DNA of 64,000 nucleotides from Torpedo marmorata. Taxonomy: Eukaryota. The notes below the pieces were generated by a model. It did not search any database. It saw nothing but the letters and a program-made list of their open reading frames with translations, and was not told where the DNA came from. The DNA lies in NCBI GenBank assembly GCA_977017645.1, contig OZ360232.1, positions 20,832,001-20,896,000 on the forward strand. The letters run 5' to 3'. This document shows, one piece after another, positions 24,616-38,519 of the stretch. Position numbers and translations under genes: made by a program. Numbering within the stretch: position 1 is the stretch's first letter; each line of letters begins with the position of its first letter.

Positions 24616-26446
24616 GTTTCTACAAATACGTTAATGGTAAAAGGAAAGCGAGGGACAAAATTGGTCCCTTAGAGAATCAGAGCGGAAAACTGTGTATGGA
24701 GCCGAGAGAAATGGGGGAGATATTGAACAGTTTCTTTTCTTCGGTATTCACCAAGGAGAAGGATATTGGGATATGCGAGATAAAAAAAAGCAAATTGGGT
24801 AAATATGGAGAATATAGTGATTACGAAAGATGTAGTGTTAGGGCTTTTGAGGCATATAAAGGTGGATAAGTCTCCGGGACCCGACGGGATCTTCCCCAGG
24901 ACCTTGAGAAAAATAAGTGAGGAAATAGCAGAGGCTCTGACAGTGATTTTCCAAATGCCTTTAGAGATGGGGATAGTGCCGGAGGATTGGCGTATTGCGC
25001 ATGTGGTTCCGTTATTTAAAAAGGGTTCAAGGAGGAAGCCTGGCAATTATCGGCCTGTAAGTTTGACGTCTGTGGTAGGTAAATTAATGGAGAAAGTTCT
25101 TAGAGATAGTACTTATAAATATCTGGATAGACAGGGGCTGATCAGGAACACTCAACACGGATTTGTGAGCGGAAGGTCCTGTTTGACCAATCTGATTGAA
25201 TTTTTTGAAGAGGTGACTAGGAATGTGGATGAGGGTAGTGCAGTGGATGTTGTCTATATGGACTTCAGTAAGGCCTTCGATAAGGTACCACATGGAAGGT
25301 TAGTTAGGAAGGTGCAGTCTTTAGGTATAAATTTTGAGATAGTCAAATGGATTGAACATTGGCTGAAAGGGAGAGGCCAGAGAGTGGTAGTGGATAATTG
25401 TCTGTCAGGTTGGAGGCCGGTGACCAGCGGTGTGCCTCAGGGATCTGTATTGGGCCCATTGTTGTTCGTTATATACATTAATGATCTAGATGATGGGGTG
25501 GTGAACTGGATTAGTAAATATGCAGACGATACTAAGATAGGTGGAATAGTGGATAATGAAGAAGGCTTTCAAGGATTGCAGAGGGATTTGGGCTGCTTAG
25601 AAAAGTGGGCTGAAAAATGGCAAATGGAGTTTAATGCTGATAAGTGTGAGGTGCTTCATTTTGGTAAGAAGAATCAGAACAGGACATACGTAGTAAATGG
25701 GAGAGCATTGATGAATACAGAAGAGCAGAAAGATTTAGGAATAACGGTGCATCATTCCCTGAAGGTAGGAACTCATGTGAATAGGGTGGTGAAGAAGGCT
25801 TTTAGTATGCTGGCCTTTATCAATCATTGCATAGAATATAGGAGTTGGGAAGTGATGTTGAGATTATATAAGGCGTTGGTGCGGCCTAATTTAGAGTTCT
25901 GTGTGCAGTTCTGGTCGCCAAATTATAGGAAGGATATCAACAGAGTGGAGAGAGTGCAGAGAAGATTTACCAGAATGTTACCTGGGTTTAAGCATCTAGA
26001 GTACAAGGAGAGATTGAGCAGATTAGGTCTTTATTCTTTGCAGCGTAGAAGGTTGAGAGGGGATTTGATAGAGGTATTTAAGATTATGAAAGGGATAGAC
26101 AGAGTGGATGTGGATAGACTATTTCCATTAAGAGTAGGAGAGATTGAAACAAGAGGACATGAGTTAAGAGTTAAGGGGCAGAGGTTTAGAGGTAACATGA
26201 GGGGGAACTTCTTTACTCAGAGAGTGGTAGCGGTGTGGAATGAGCTTCCGGGAGAAGTAGTGGCGGCAGAGTCAATTTTATTATTTAAGAAAAAGTTGGA
26301 CAGGTATATGGATGAGAAGGAAGTGGAGGGTTATGGGCAGGGTGCAGGTAGGTGGGACTAGAGAGGAGTGTTTGGTTCGGTGCAGACTAGAAGGGCCTAA
26401 TGGCCTGTTTCCGTGCTGTAATTGTTATATGGTTATATGGTTATAT
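24616..26446 (+). mobile_element. Young 5'-truncated CR1 nested in the older CR1
   Basis: Uninterrupted RT frame and (ttatatgg)n tail. Host sequence EEQMSRQ|ILEWC rejoins across it. Confidence 0.93.
24805..26361 (+). CDS. CR1 ORF2 reverse transcriptase C-terminal portion (open frame, truncated element)
   Basis: 518-aa ORF with [47 protein letters not shown] and RGNFFTQRVV. Confidence 0.85.
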   Translation: MENIVITKDVVLGLLRHIKVDKSPGPDGIFPRTLRKISEEIAEALTVIFQMPLEMGIVPEDWRIAHVVPLFKKGSRRKPGNYRPVSLTSVVGKLMEKVLRDSTYKYLDRQGLIRNTQHGFVSGRSCLTNLIEFFEEVTRNVDEGSAVDVVYMDFSKAFDKVPHGRLVRKVQSLGINFEIVKWIEHWLKGRGQRVVVDNCLSGWRPVTSGVPQGSVLGPLLFVIYINDLDDGVVNWISKYADDTKIGGIVDNEEGFQGLQRDLGCLEKWAEKWQMEFNADKCEVLHFGKKNQNRTYVVNGRALMNTEEQKDLGITVHHSLKVGTHVNRVVKKAFSMLAFINHCIEYRSWEVMLRLYKALVRPNLEFCVQFWSPNYRKDINRVERVQRRFTRMLPGFKHLEYKERLSRLGLYSLQRRRLRGDLIEVFKIMKGIDRVDVDRLFPLRVGEIETRGHELRVKGQRFRGNMRGNFFTQRVVAVWNELPGEVVAAESILLFKKKLDRYMDEKEVEGYGQGAGRWD

Positions 26447-28863
26447 TTTGGAATGGTGCAGAAATAACAGGGTTGTTATTATGGGAGACTTCAACTTCCC
26501 AAATATTGACTGGCACCTCCTTACTGCAAGAGGGATGGATGCGGCAGAGTTTATCCGATGTGTCTGGGAGGGATTCCTGACACAGTATGTAGAGCACCCA
26601 ACAAGAGGAGAGGCAATACTGGATCTAGTACTGGGAAATGAATCTGGTCAGGTGACAGACCTCTCAGTGGGGGAGTATTTTGGTGAGAGTGACCACAATT
26701 CCCTAAACTTTAGCATAGCTATGGATAAGGATAAAAGCAGACAAATTGGTAAAGTGTTTAATTGGGGAAGGGCTAATTATGATGGGATGAGGCAGGAACT
26801 AGGGAGAGTAAATTGGGAACCGATGTTCTCGGGATAAAGCACAGAAGTAATGTGGAGGATGTTTAGGGATCATTTGCTCAGGGTTCTAGATAGGTTTGTC
26901 CCACTGACTCAGGGAAAAGTTGGTACGAAAAAGGAACCATGGTTGACAAAACAGGTGAGGCAGCTAGTTAAGAGGAAGAAAGACGCATACATTAGATTTA
27001 GGAAGCAAAAAACTTGAGAATTATATGATAGCCAGGAAGAAACTTAAGAAAGGTCTGAGGAGAGCTAGAAGGGCTTGGCAAGTAGTATTATGGAAAACCC
27101 TAAGGCGTTCTATGCTGCTGTGAAGAGCAGAATGATGGCGAGAGTGAAGGTAGGGCCACTTAAGGACAAAGGAGGCAACATGTGCTTGGAGGTGGTGGAG
27201 GTTGGGGAGGTACTAAATGAATACTTTGCTTCAGTGTTCACCAGAGGAAAGGATCTTGGTCAAGGTGAGGTCAGAATAGAACAAGCTTATGTGCTGGGGC
27301 ATGTTGAGATTAAGAAAGAGGAAGCTCTGTTTCTTCTTAAAAACGTGAGGATTGATGTCTCCGGGTCCAGGCGAGATATACCCCAGGTTGCTATGGGATG
27401 GGAGGGAAGAGATTGCTTGACATTGGCGATGATCTTTGCATCCTCCCTGGCCACAGGGGAGGTGTTGGCGGATTAGAAAATGGCAAATGTGGCCCCCTTG
27501 TTAAAAAAAACAGGTAATATGGAGAATCCTGGGAATTATAGACCAGTGAGTTTTACATCAGTGGTGGGCAAACTATTGGAGAGGATTCTTAAGGACAGGA
27601 TTTACGAGCATTTAGAAAAGTACAGTCTTCTCAAAGATAGTGTGACTTTGTGAGGGGAAGGTCATGCCTCATGAGTGTAATTGACTTTTTGAGGAGGTAA
27701 CAAGAGAAATTGATGAAGGTATGGCGGTATATGTGGTGTATATGGATTTTAGTAAGGCATTTGACAAGGTCCCCCATGGGAAACCCGTTCAGAAAGTCAT
27801 GAGGCATGGGATCCATGGAACCTTGGCTGTGTGGATTCAGAATTGGCTTGCCTGAAGAAAGCAGATAGTAGTAGTGGACGGAATGTATTCTGCCTGGAGG
27901 TTAGTGACTAGTGATCTATCCTGGCACTCCTGCTCTTCGTGATTTTTATAAATAACCTGGACGAAGAAGTAGAGGGATTGGTCAGTAAATTTGCGGATGA
28001 TACGAAGATTGGAGATGTGGATAGTGTTGAAGGTTGTCGTAGGTTACAACAGCATATAGAGAGGCCGCAGAGTTGGGCAGAAAAGTGGCAGATGGAGTTC
28101 AATCCAGAGAAGTGTGAGGTGATGTAATTTGGAAGGTCAAACTTGGAGGCAGATTACATGGTTAATTGTAGGATACTTAACAGTGTGGAAGAACAAAGGG
28201 ACCTTGGGGTCCATATCCATAGATCTCACAAGGTTGCCGCGCAGGTTGATAGGATAGTTAAGAAGGCCAATGGTATGTTGGGCTTCATTTGTCAGGGGAT
28301 TGAGTTCAGGAGTCGTGAAATAATGTTGCAGCTCTATAAATCTCCGGTGAGACCACACTTGGAATATTGTGTTCAGTTCTGGTCACCTCATTATAAGAAG
28401 GATGTGGAAGCTACGGAGAGGGTGCAGAGGAAATTTACCAGGATGTTGCCTGGATTGGAAAATATATCTTATGAGGCAAGGTTAGCAGAGCTGGGGCTTT
28501 TCTCTTTGAAGTGAAGATGGATGAGAGGTGACTTAATAGAGGTCTACAAGATTATGAGAGGCATAGATAAGGCAGACAGTCAGCACCCTTTTTCCAGGGC
28601 TGGAATAGCAAACACCAGAGCACATCTGTTTAAAGTGAAGGGAGGAAAGTTTAGGGGAGACATCAGGGGTACGTTTTTAACACAGTGAGTTATGTGTGAC
28701 TGAAATGCTTTGCCAGGGGTGGTTGTGGAGGCTGGAACAATAGAGGCATTTAAGAGACTCTTAGACAAGCACATGGATGAAAGAAAAATAGAGGGTTATG
28801 AGGTAGGGAGGGTTTAGTTTTTTTTTGGTAGGTACATGTAGTTTGGCCCAACATCGTGGGCTG

Positions 28864-28955
28864 TAGGGCCTGTACTGTGCTGTAATGTTTTATATATGGT
28901 GGTATATTTTAGGGCCTGTACTGTGCTGTAATGTTTTATATATGGTGGTATATTT
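28864..28955. repeat. Exact 46-bp tandem duplication at the CR1 3' end
   Basis: tagggcctgtactgtgctgtaatgttttatatatggtggtatattt at 28864-28909 and 28910-28955. Confidence 0.95.
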
Positions 28956-29064
28956 AATTCAGTAAAATTCCTGCACTAAATTGTTATTTGTTTGCATTCA
29001 TTGTAACTTCAAGGTTAAGATGAAATGAGCAAATGTGTGAAAACTTGCATTTCTAATCCTCTGA

Positions 29065-29460
<396 letters not shown>

Positions 29461-30198
29461 TAGTATTGCTTTTTGTTGTAGCAGTGATTACTTTAAGGGC
29501 CATATCACTGCTTAGAACTCTTAATAAAAATTGTTGTTAAATGTGCACAAACATGTCAGTTTGCACTCTGAGGTTTGACTTTTTTGCTTCTTGATCATTT
29601 ATTCTTCTACCATTTAGAATAAAGTGAGCATTTAATTTTCCAGATAAGTTAAATGAATAGATTCATCATGTAATTGGTCTAATCTTGTAGCAACAGGAAA
29701 ATTGCAAAGTGTGCACTATTTAAATTTTTAGCATTATGTTGCACTTGTGCTTCGTGCTTGTGTTTCTATCAATCCTTTAGTTGAAACTTCATTCCTATTA
29801 CAATCTTCAATATGCAATTTAACAAATGTAACTGTCAGTTGATTATTGTAACTGGATAATACTGAGTAAATCATACCATCAAACATTTTAAGTATTGCAT
29901 TAGAAGTAAATATATGTGCATTTATCGTGTCCATATATAAAAGAAACATTACTTTTGTTAGAGTATAGATAATGAGATGCATTTAATGTAATTATCCTTC
30001 TCAAAAGCAATTCCAAACCTCTTTCATGAAGTCCATGAACAAAAGCAAATGTTACTCGGGTTGGATCTAGTTTCCTGTATGACCATACATCATTTTTTCC
30101 TACTTGTTCTCTTGAGCTGTATCTACTTCTGCTCTATTTGCACTGTGTTCATAATAAGTCCCTTTAAGCAGTTTTCTGTTTTTGTTTTTTGAAAAAAG

Positions 30199-30222
30199 CT
30201 TCTACGGATGTTTTCATCAAAG
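30199..30222 (+). CDS. gabrg2: gamma-2L alternatively spliced 24-nt microexon (LLRMFSSK)
   Basis: ttttttgaaaaaag|CTT CTA CGG ATG TTT TCA TCA AAG|gtactt. Phase 0-0, 7 of 8 residues match mammalian LLRMFSFK, and it lies between the exon 8 equivalent and the terminal exon. Confidence 0.93.
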
Positions 30223-30976
30223 GTACTTTATATTTATATTTAATGACAAAATGTAATTTTAGAATGTATGGTTATTTCCGTAAAAATGTTTATTCTTTGA
30301 ATGTATGTCTGTTCCTCTCAGTTGTATGATTAACTTGTGTCAGTGTAGTCATGATTCTGTTTGTGGGTCAGATTTTGCTCCTCTTTAGCCAGCAGTCCTG
30401 TTGGTTGGCTGCAATCAGTGAGTGTTTCTTTATGTTCTGGACTTGTGTGCTTGCGCCCAGCACACCGGAGGTCAGATCCAGCCCTGGCTTCACCAACTAG
30501 TCCACTGGAATTTCATGCAGTGGTGTGCTGAGGGATCAGATACATTGTGGGTTTAGCCACTCAGTTCTACGCCAGTCTAGATTGACACACCAGCTGACCT
30601 TCATTAAAAATATAAGTGAAGGTCAATGTTTATATTTGCACTTATTTTAATACATCTTTATGTTTTAAGTTAACATGTACAAATTGAATTTGGTTTTAAA
30701 TGATTTTTTTCTCATATTTTAACTTTTTATACATCTTTAATTTTTTTAATTAGTTAACAGTTTTTAAACTGTTTCTATATGCCTCTGATCTTCAACAACA
30801 TTTGGAAACAGTGATAAGGTCTTTTGAGTTATCAAAAAGCCATCAGGACAGTTTAAGGTAGGGCCTTTGTTTCCATCATCTGAAGCCTAGTTACTTCTTG
30901 TTGACCTGTCTTCCTTTTGAAACAGCCACAGTAGCAAAACTAACAGGGCAATGAGAGTCAAATTTCTGCAGAATAT

Positions 30977-31247
30977 AAGTCAAGTCAAGAGTCAAATCAA
31001 GTCAAGTTTATTGTCACCTGATTGTACAAGTACAACCTGACGAAATAGCGTTCTCCGGTCCTCGGTGCAAAACATGCAGACACACAACCAGACATAACAC
31101 ACATACAAACAATACATATGCAGGACAAGTATTTGATCAATACAAATAAATAAATAAATAAATATTGTTTTGCACAAATGAGAGTCTCAGATGGTTAGTG
31201 TGAGCAGTTCCATTGGTTGTTCAGCATCCTCACTGCCCGTGGGAAGG
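30977..31247 (-). mobile_element. Rex1-like LINE 3' UTR fragment with (cttga)n tail
   Basis: (agtca)n then tttattgtca..; ends in ttgttcagcatcctcactgcccgtgggaag (reverse complement of FP.AVRMLN). Confidence 0.7.
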
Positions 31248-32559
31248 AGTCATCTGATGTGAGTGAATACAATGCATGATCTGGTCAAACATCAGAAGGA
31301 AAATGTATGTCCTTCCTGAGGAGAAGAAGCTGTCACATTTTAAATGTTATTTGATTTATTTTCCATTTTTTTTATCTAATAGCTGAAAGAACAGACCTGA
31401 CTCCCTGACTATAACCAAAACAGTGCAGTTTTGCAATGAATGTATGTGCTATTTGGCATTTAAATCCACCTTATTTTTCTCTTCTACAATCCTACCTGTG
31501 TTTTTTCTTAAACTCTCTGGGTATCTTTTTGCAAGTCCTTCCATCTTTACAACTATCTCTTCCTTTTCCTTCCTTTGTAAATTAGCTCTGCAATTTCTTT
31601 CCCACTATTTGTCACTTTTAATGGTGGGAATAATCTCTGACGCCTGCTGATATAGCATCAAATTTGATATGACATCATCAGACACCTAATGAAACTTACA
31701 TCTCTTCTCAGCATTCCCAGTCTCAGCCAGCTGTAGAGACAAAATAGTTGTTGCTAAGTTGCCAAATTCAATAAGATGATGAACTGGTTTTTCTAATTTT
31801 AATTGTGCTAATATCATGACTATCATTGAAGATGTCTAAACTATTAGTATTGAAATCACATAATTACTTCTGCTCCCAGTGAGAAAAAGGTAGGACTACT
31901 TCCATAATATTCTATTCCACCATTCCATATTCCCACTGGGCCATTATCTCTTGACTTCAAATAATCTCTTGATTTACAAGTGATTGTGAATTCAATCCAA
32001 GAACTAATTCCTAGTCGATTTAGGTTATCTAATCTTGCAATTACAATTTATAAGTGTGCACGCAGTAAACTGTCATAATGATGGTCACAGTTGAGAAACA
32101 TGTGAAAGGGGCACAGAAATATATGCTCGACTTCTCAATACAAGAGGCAGAGCAGAGTTAGGGGAAAAATAGCAAGCTGTTAAAGATGTACATTATGCAT
32201 ATTAATATACATCCATGAATGCATATTTTTCTATCGGTTTAAATCCATGTGGAGCTTAAACATCATAATAGACCTGTTGGATCAAATTCAGCGCTGTAAG
32301 TACTTTGTAATATATGGATTTGTAACACCTATAACAGGATTCATAGTGAGAACAGCTGGTACAAAAAGAAGGATTTGCAACTCTAATTGCCTTTTGTGAC
32401 CTCAGGGTGTCTCAAAGTGGTTCACAAATCCACAAAATACTTTGCAAATATAGTTACTGTTGAAATATAATAATAGCTTGAAACAGCAGGAGCAGCAGAC
32501 AGAACCGTCAAGTTTATCCTTCAACCTTCACAGAACCTTTTATGCTTCCTCCAATTAGA

Positions 32560-32838
32560 CTCAGAATCAGAATCAGAATTTATTGTCATGAACAAGTCAT
32601 GAAATTCGGTGTTTTGCGGCAGCATCATAGTGCAAACATTCATATTATAACCATCTTACGACATTACTATAAAAAATTATAAATAATAGTGCACGAAAAG
32701 TAAGGCAGTGTCTTTGGTTCATTGATTATTCAGGAATCTGATGGCAGCGGGGAAGAAGCTGTCCTTGTGCTGTTGAGTGCTCGACTTTAGGCTTCTGTAC
32801 CTCTTTCCCGATGGTAGCAGAGTGAAGAGGGCATGGCT
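32560..32838 (-). mobile_element. Rex1 3' fragment with (ttctga)n tail
   Basis: Near-identical in reverse complement to 43365-43648. Confidence 0.92.
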
Positions 32839-33819
32839 CTGTTCTAATACTAGTACCAAAATCCAAAAAATAACATTCTCATTTTTGACTCATGGTTGAG
32901 TTTATGACCCACGTGATTTTCATTCCAATTGAATCATAAAAAAACAATCTATACATTATGAATAAACAAATAATAGCCAATTTTCCTTTGCCTGAAAGGA
33001 TATACCCCAGTCTTGGTGACAATTGACTGATCTACAATGGAGCAAGTCTTCCTGACTATGGCCAATTGTTTTGGTGGGAACTACCAGTGTTCCAATGTTC
33101 AACCATTTGCAATAAAGTAAGTTCAAGGCTTAAACAATTCAAATAAAATCTATCGCTGAACTCTAATTAGTGTAGCATTGGACACCCATTTGGGATTCTA
33201 AGCCTGCAGAATGAGAAAAGTAAGTTTTATTTTAAGTTAGTTTAGTTTTGGTTGATATAGTTAAGTGTTTTATTCTGTTTAAACAAATCTTGGATTTTTT
33301 TTATTTTAGTGAAAATCATATTTTTATTATTTAGTCAATGTTAATACTTCTATGAAAAACCTCACAACTTTGACAAGCAAAGCTCTGCCCATATCTTTAC
33401 ATTCTGTTGAATGCAGACCTGTCGTTCTCCGTGTTCGACCTCTAGGGTCTACATGCTGTCTGGACCTCACATCCTGACTCCAGGTTGTGTTGCAATGGTA
33501 GAAACAAATACAAGGGTCAACTTCGAAATATTTTCCTCGACAATATGTGGTGTACTCAGATAGAAATTATGAAACATTTTATATAAAGTACTGTTGCAAT
33601 TGTACTGAATTGCAAACCAAACAAATAGCGAATAAAGACATTACAAGAGTAAACCATGATCTTTATTGATTCCATTAAGGGAGTTTATCAGAAGTCAGAA
33701 GGACTTTCAATTGCATCAATTACCATAAAGATACCCAGAGAGATAAGTAAAACATATGCAGGATCAAGGAAAAGAATAAATCCCATCCATCTGTCCCGAT
33801 CTCGCTTTTAAACCTTGCA

Positions 33820-36715
33820 TCTCACGAGATCACAAGATAAAGGAACAGAAGTAGGCCATTCGGTCCATCGAGTCTGTTCCGCTACTCCACCCTGAGCTAA
33901 ACTGTTCTCACATCTAATTCCAATTTCCGGCCTTTTCCCCATATCCCTTTATACCCTGACCAATCAGATACCTATCAATCTCCTCCTTAAAATCCCCCAA
34001 AGATCTGGCCTCCACATCTGTATGTGGCAATGAATTCCACAAATCCATGACCCTCTGGCTAAAGAAATTCCTCCTTATCTCTGTTCTAAATGGGTACACT
34101 CTAATTCTAAGACTGCCCTCTTGTCCTGGATTCACCCACCAAGGGAAACATCTTATTTCCATCTACTCTGTCCAATCCTTTCAGTATTCAAAATGTTTCT
34201 ATGAAATCCCCTCTCATTCTTCTATACTCCAACGAATACAGTCCAAGAGCCGCTAAGCATTCCTCATATGTTAGCCCTTGCATTCCAAGAATCATCCTGG
34301 TAAATCTTCTCTGTACTCTCTCCAACATTATTACATCCCTTCTAAGATAAGGGGCCCAAAACTGCACACAGTACTCCAAATGAGGTCTCACTAGTGCCCC
34401 ATAGAGCCTCATCAACACCTCTTTACTCTTATACATTATTCCTCTTGAAATGAATGCCAACATAGCATTTTCTTTCTTCACTGCCGATCCAACCTGGTGG
34501 TTTACCTTTAGGTTATCCTGCACGAAGACCCCCAAGTCCCTTTGCACTTCCAAATTTTGAATTTTATCCCCATCCAAATAATAATCTGCCTGTTTATTTC
34601 CTCTTCCAAGATGTACAACTGTGCATTTCTCAACATTATATCTCATCTCCCATTTCTTTACCCACTCTGCTAAGCTGTCCAGGTTTCTTTGCAACCTTTT
34701 GATTTCTTCAACACTTTCTACTCCACCACCTATCTTGGTGTCATCTGCAAACTTAGACACAAAACCATTCAATGCGTAATCTAAATCATCTATATACATT
34801 GTAAAAAGAAGCGGCCCTAACACCGACCCTTGCGGAACACCACTAGTAACCGGCAACCAACCAGAACAGGATCCCTTTATTCCCACCCTTTGCTTCCTGC
34901 CTATCAGCCAATGCTCCACCCAATCTAATATCTTTCCTGTAATTCTATGAGCTCTCATCTTATTAAGCAGCCTCTTATGCGGCACTTTATCAAAGGCTTT
35001 TTGAAAATCCAAATACACAACATCCACAGCCTCTCTCTTTTCCATCCTACCTGAGATCACCTCAAAAAATTCCAATAGATTGGTCAGGCAGGATCTTCCC
35101 TTTATGAAACCATGCTGGCTTGGACCTATCATGTCATTCACCTCAAGGTATTTCATAACCTCGTCCTTGAGGATCGACTCCAAAATCTTACCAACTACTA
35201 ATGTCAGACTAATAGGCCTATAATTTCCTTTTTTCTGCCTCCCTCCTTTCTTAAACAGCGGAAGTACACTTGCGACCTTCCAATCGTCCGGAATCATGCC
35301 GGAGTCTATTGATTTCTGAAAAATCATTTCCAATGCCTCCACAATCTCCAAAGCCACCTCCTTCAGAACCCGTGGGTGCACCTCATCCGGCCCGGGAGAC
35401 TTATCTATCTTTAGTCCATTCAGCTTTCCAAGCACTATCTCCCTAGTAATCCTAACTGTATTTAATTCTGTTCCCTGCGCCCTCTGACTGTCAGGTATAT
35501 TCCTATTGTCTTCCTCAGTGAAGACTGATGCAAAATACTCATTTAGTTCCTCTGCCATCTCTTGGTTACCCATTATAATTTCTCCAGCATCATTTTCAAT
35601 TGGTCCTATATCTACCCTTGTCTCTCTTTATATATTTTTTAAAAACTCTTAGTATCTTTTTGTATATTATTTGCCAACTTCCTTTCATAATTCATCTTTT
35701 CTTTCCTAATGACTTTCTTTGTCTCTTTCGGTAAGTTTTTAAAATTTTCCCAGTCCTCTGTTTTTCCACTAGTTTTTGCTTCTTTTTATGCCCTCCCTTT
35801 TGCTTTTATTTTTGTCTTAACCTCTCTTGTTATCCACATTTGTGCCATTTTTCCATTCATAATTTTCTTTTTTCTTGGAATATATCTATCCTGCACTTTC
35901 TTTATTTCTTGTAGAAATATCATCCAATTCTGCTCTGCCGTCCCTTCATCTAGCTTACTTTTCCAGTCAACCTGGGCCAGTTCTTCTGTCATACCACTGT
36001 AATTTCCTTTGTTCCACTGAAATATTGACACACCTGATCTCAGCTTTCCCTTTTCAAATTTGAAACTGAACTCAATCATTTTATGATCACTACTTCCTAA
36101 GGGCTCCAATACCCTTAATTCCCTAATCACCTCAGGTTCATGACACATCACCCAATCCAAAACCGCCGATCCCCTGGTGGGATTATCGACAAGATGTTCC
36201 AAAAAGCCATCCATTAGGCATTCTACAAACACTCTCTCCTGCGATCCAGTACATTCCTGACTTTCCCAATCTCCTTTCATGTTAAAATCCCCCATAATTA
36301 TTTTGACATTTTCCTTTTGACACACTTTTTCTATTTCCATCTGTAACTCGTAGTCCACTTCCCGGCTGCTGTTTGGGGGCCTGTATATAACTGCTAATAG
36401 GGTCCTTTTACCCTTGCCATTTCTTAATTCAACCCATAAGGATTCTACCACATCTGACCCTATGTACCTCCTTTCTAGTGATTTAATATCATTGCTTACC
36501 ATCAGGGCCACGCCACCCCCTCTACCTACCTGCCTATCTTTCCTATACACTGTGTACCCTTGGACATTCAGCTGCCAATCACATCCATCATTAAGCCTTG
36601 TCTCGGTGATGGCCACAATGTCATAACTTTTGATCTGTAGCTGCAGAACAAGGTCATCTACTTTATTTCTAATGCTCCGTGCATTAAGTACAGCACACTT
36701 AGTCCAGTATCTCCA
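33820..36715 (-). mobile_element. CR1 LINE ORF2 (endonuclease + RT), different subfamily, frameshifted
   Basis: ORF fragments 35786-36718 (LNARSIRNK, GDFN, SDH), 34188-35573 (YLDFQKAFD, FADD) and 33914-34162 (RRNFFSQRV); CR1 3' UTR. Confidence 0.93.
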
Positions 36716-37544
36716 CAACTTATTAATATATTTATTTTTCTCATGCCTACCATCACCCCTTTGATTTTATTTAGCCATTTAAGGGTTAAGTTGCAATAGC
36801 TAGCACTTCTTTGGGACATAAGAGGAAATGAGAGGACTTACAGAACCTGAGGTCAGGGACAAATCCAAGTTCCTGGAGCTGCCTACAATGTTACGTTATG
36901 AATATTGTTTCTGGCTACTTATCACGCAATAAAGAACGTGGATACAAATTGTAATCCCAGGCCAAATATCAGAAAATAAATAAATTCTACTGAATAAGAA
37001 GCAAAATATTGACCAATCACTTTAGTTCAGTAAATGAAATTCATTGGGGGAAATGGATTCTCTTGAAGATAAGTTTTCTGATTCTTCAGTTTTCTGATGA
37101 ATGTGCTTTCATTTGATCTGTCCCCATGATAAATTCACTTTTTCCAAATGATTTGTAGAATGTCAGACTCTAAATATCAATGAGGTCAGATTGAACTTTC
37201 ACTGCTAAAGCATCATCTTGAATCTTGACAATTCATCTGGAAAATTAATGCCATTTCTCATCCCGGTTGTTTTCTTATTACTATTATCAGTCAATTGTAA
37301 CTTCAGCTAGAACTAATGCGATATCTTTAAATGGTGTGTCAATAACATCTAAAGTGAGCAATACATTTTATTGTTATATCTTAAAATGTGTTGTATTAGC
37401 CTGAAAATAACATTTTACTTGAGTTCTGTGAAATTGTAATAGATTTATTTGAATGAAATTTCTCATTACTTCAAAGTGCAATTGAAACCAAAGAGGAAGT
37501 GGTCAGATCAAAGCTCAGCAGTCCTGCCCCATTTTAGTTGCACA

Positions 37545-37900
37545 CAGTGGTGGACAATTAAATAGCAAACAAGAGGAAGAAGCTCCAAAAACATCTTCAT
37601 AATAAAATATGGCAGGGTCAAGCATATGAATTCTAAAGACAAAGTAGAAGCATTCAAACCATGCTCAGCCAGAGTTGCTGAGTGAATTATCCATTTTTTC
37701 TTCTTCCTGAGATATCACCACTGACCTCTGTATATAACTAATTCAAATCACTCCATGTGATATCCAAAATAATTGAAAGCATTGGCCATGGAAACAAACA
37801 ATATGTCAGCAATAGGACTGAAGATTTGCACTCCAGAACCTGTAGTGTCTCTAATTAACCTGTTCTAGCACTGACATTTCTCTGACAGTGCAAAAATATC
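37545..37900 (+). mobile_element. Highly degraded L2/CR1-group LINE fragment
   Basis: tggtggacaattaaa..aaagacaaagtagaagcatt..ctgaagatttgcactccagaac resembles a pre-RT LINE linker region. Confidence 0.4.
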
Positions 37901-38519
37901 AGCAGTAAAGTCAATGTACAATTTCACACCAATTGGTTTTGGAAGTTTCTGTTCCATTTTCACCCTTCAGACAGAAGTGCCCTCCATTCTAGTCATCCAG
38001 AATATATGACTTAAGATATTGTGATTCTGTAAAACAAATGACTTAAAATGGTCTAGAAATGGTGTAAAAACTTTAGATTGACTGCTTAGTTGGCGAGGAC
38101 TACTTTTGTGACTCACCATTTTTAAAGTGATGTGTTAATATCAAAAAGTAGACTACAAATATAAAATTCAAGCACATCATAACTGGGAAGTTATCTACAG
38201 ATGCCTCCAATAATGAGTGTGCTAACCATTTGGAGTGCAGTGTGTGAAGTGAATGGGATGGTTAGAGGCAGCATTTAGAAAGAGTGTGCACAATTTGTGG
38301 TCTAATCACAACACATTTGTCAATGTATCAAGTGATTTTTGAATTTATCTGAAAGGGGATCTCATTGAGATGATGGCATTAAATAGATTCAGCAATATAG
38401 CCAGAGTTATTTCTTCTCAGTATAACAGCAGAATGAAATTGTGCTCTTGGTGAATGTGTGGGCAAACAGAGCCCATTTCTAACCCAAGTTGCACAGGATA
38501 TAAAAATATAAAAGCAAAT

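Larger units (their letters stand above)
24165..28890 (+). mobile_element. Older CR1 ORF2 (endonuclease to 3' UTR), disrupted, hosting a younger CR1
   Basis: LKCVYFNARSIRNK, GGGVALLV, (resumes 26445) MGDFNFP, SDHN, FADD, LEYCVQFWSP; many stops and frameshifts. Confidence 0.9.
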
